13,454 nucleotides of DNA. It comes from Nitrososphaerales archaeon (lineage in GTDB: Archaea; Thermoproteota; Nitrososphaeria; Nitrososphaerales; Gagatemarchaeaceae). The stretch lies in assembly GCA_014874415.1 (NCBI GenBank), contig JACWAI010000076.1:1-13454 (forward strand), written 5' to 3'. The notes beneath the pieces were generated by a model. The model had not been told where the DNA came from. It saw nothing but the letters and a program-made list of their open reading frames with translations, and searched no databases. The position numbers and the translations under genes were made by a program. Shown piece by piece: positions 12,555 to 13,454 of this stretch. The number at the start of each line of letters is the position of its first letter. Positions within the stretch are counted from its first letter, which is position 1.

Positions 12555-13454
12555 TCAAACGGGTAAGCGACCTTTCCAGCCAACTAGCCAGTACGCTGCC
12601 TCCGCAGCGAAGAAGCTCACAAATAGTAGAGACGTCATCAGAATGGAAGAAACGAGAACGTCCTCGCGGGAGTAGAAGAAGCTTGTCTGAATTCCCAGGC
12701 CGAACACAATCACAGCCGCCAACGACAGCCAGCCAATCCAAGTGAGAACTGTTGCAACTAGCGGCACTTTGAGGAGCTCCGATGCTCCCTGCGCTCCGAG
12801 CCTGAGCCAGAGGACAAACCAAGTCACTAGGCCCGGGAGAGCGAGAAAGTACACAATGTAGGGTGGCCCGTAGAGCTCAAAACGAATTGCGAACGGAATG
12901 AACTGAAACACCGGGATGTACAAGAACATCAGCACGAATTCGAGGCCCCCATACCCAAGGGATTGGCGGACGGACAGGCGGCCGTTCCCTTTTTGGCTAC
13001 CGGGCAAGACCAAAGCCGCTCCAAAGACCACAAACATTACCGTGATTATTCCCGATAAGAAGGCAAGGTCGTTGGCCGTCTGGAAGTCTAGTGAGAGCGG
13101 AATCAGTGACAGGACAAACGACGGGATTGAGAGGACGAAGAGTAGTTTCCCCAAACCCACGCGGCCAACATGAAGCGTTGCAACTCCATTCTGAGTAGGC
13201 GGTGGCTGGAACTTCTCCATGACCTGGGTTGCAAGCCTGCCCTTCTCTGTGAGCGTGTACCGCCCACTTTCATCCTTTGAGACCAGATCTCCAAGATGTC
13301 TTAGATGGTAATTCAGCTTACCAGTATGTTCAATCTCCAAAAGGCCCAAGATTTCGACATATGCCAACGGTCCTCTCTCGCCCAGAGCTGAAAGAATCCT
13401 TCTCCTCGTGGGGTCCTTCAATATGCCGTGAAGCGAACCGAGGTCTGCTGCCAT
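12555..13454 (-). CDS. ArsR-type winged-helix DNA-binding domain fused to a polytopic membrane domain
   Basis: The N-terminal 85 aa match the ArsR/SmtB-like wHTH (ILKDPTRRRILSALGERGPLAYVEILGLLEIEHTGKLNYHLRHLGDLVSKDESGRYTLTEKG). About 6-7 hydrophobic helices follow. The ATG lies exactly at the window edge, so the ORF could extend further, although the N-terminus looks natural. Confidence 0.8.
   Translation of the reverse strand: MAADLGSLHGILKDPTRRRILSALGERGPLAYVEILGLLEIEHTGKLNYHLRHLGDLVSKDESGRYTLTEKGRLATQVMEKFQPPPTQNGVATLHVGRVGLGKLLFVLSIPSFVLSLIPLSLDFQTANDLAFLSGIITVMFVVFGAALVLPGSQKGNGRLSVRQSLGYGGLEFVLMFLYIPVFQFIPFAIRFELYGPPYIVYFLALPGLVTWFVLWLRLGAQGASELLKVPLVATVLTWIGWLSLAAVIVFGLGIQTSFFYSREDVLVSSILMTSLLFVSFFAAEAAYWLVGWKGRLPV

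Noticed and set aside
1-13454. CRISPR arrays, tandem repeats, IS elements or integrase genes.
   Set aside because: No regularly spaced direct repeats were seen by eye. No ORF has transposase, integrase or Cas-like motifs.

Overview
This is a gene-dense window with 16 supportable protein-coding genes and no rRNA, intact tRNA, CRISPR array, transposase or integrase. It looks archaeal, by inference only. AT-rich TATA-like boxes sit 24-31 nt upstream of several start codons with little or no leader. TTG and GTG starts are frequent. The gene content also fits: a stand-alone LigD 3'-phosphoesterase domain, an AsnRS catalytic-core paralogue and a wHTH-membrane fusion. The plus strand carries a TPP-dependent acetolactate-synthase-like enzyme, an MBL-fold hydrolase and a LigB-type dioxygenase-fold protein. 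A co-directional minus-strand block follows: LigD-PE, a radical SAM enzyme with a B12-binding-like N-domain, a truncated PEP-carboxykinase-fold P-loop protein, the TauE/SafE permease + DUF1634 pair, and a HAD hydrolase. Next come a plus-strand AsnRS-like class II core without an anticodon-binding domain and a minus-strand DUF1801/YdhG-like protein. From about 10.95 kb to the window end, GC drops from roughly 60-68% to roughly 45-53% (hand counts of sample 60-nt lines). This low-GC segment holds small ORFs (zinc ribbon, 2-TM protein), a tRNA 3'-end-like remnant, a DUF4258/DUF2283 toxin-antitoxin-like pair and an ArsR-type wHTH fused to a polytopic membrane domain. The best candidate for an undescribed system is the radical SAM + mini-PEPCK-fold pair at 5680-8629. 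I cannot map it to any characterised pathway. All family assignments rest on motif recognition from memory; no searches were run.
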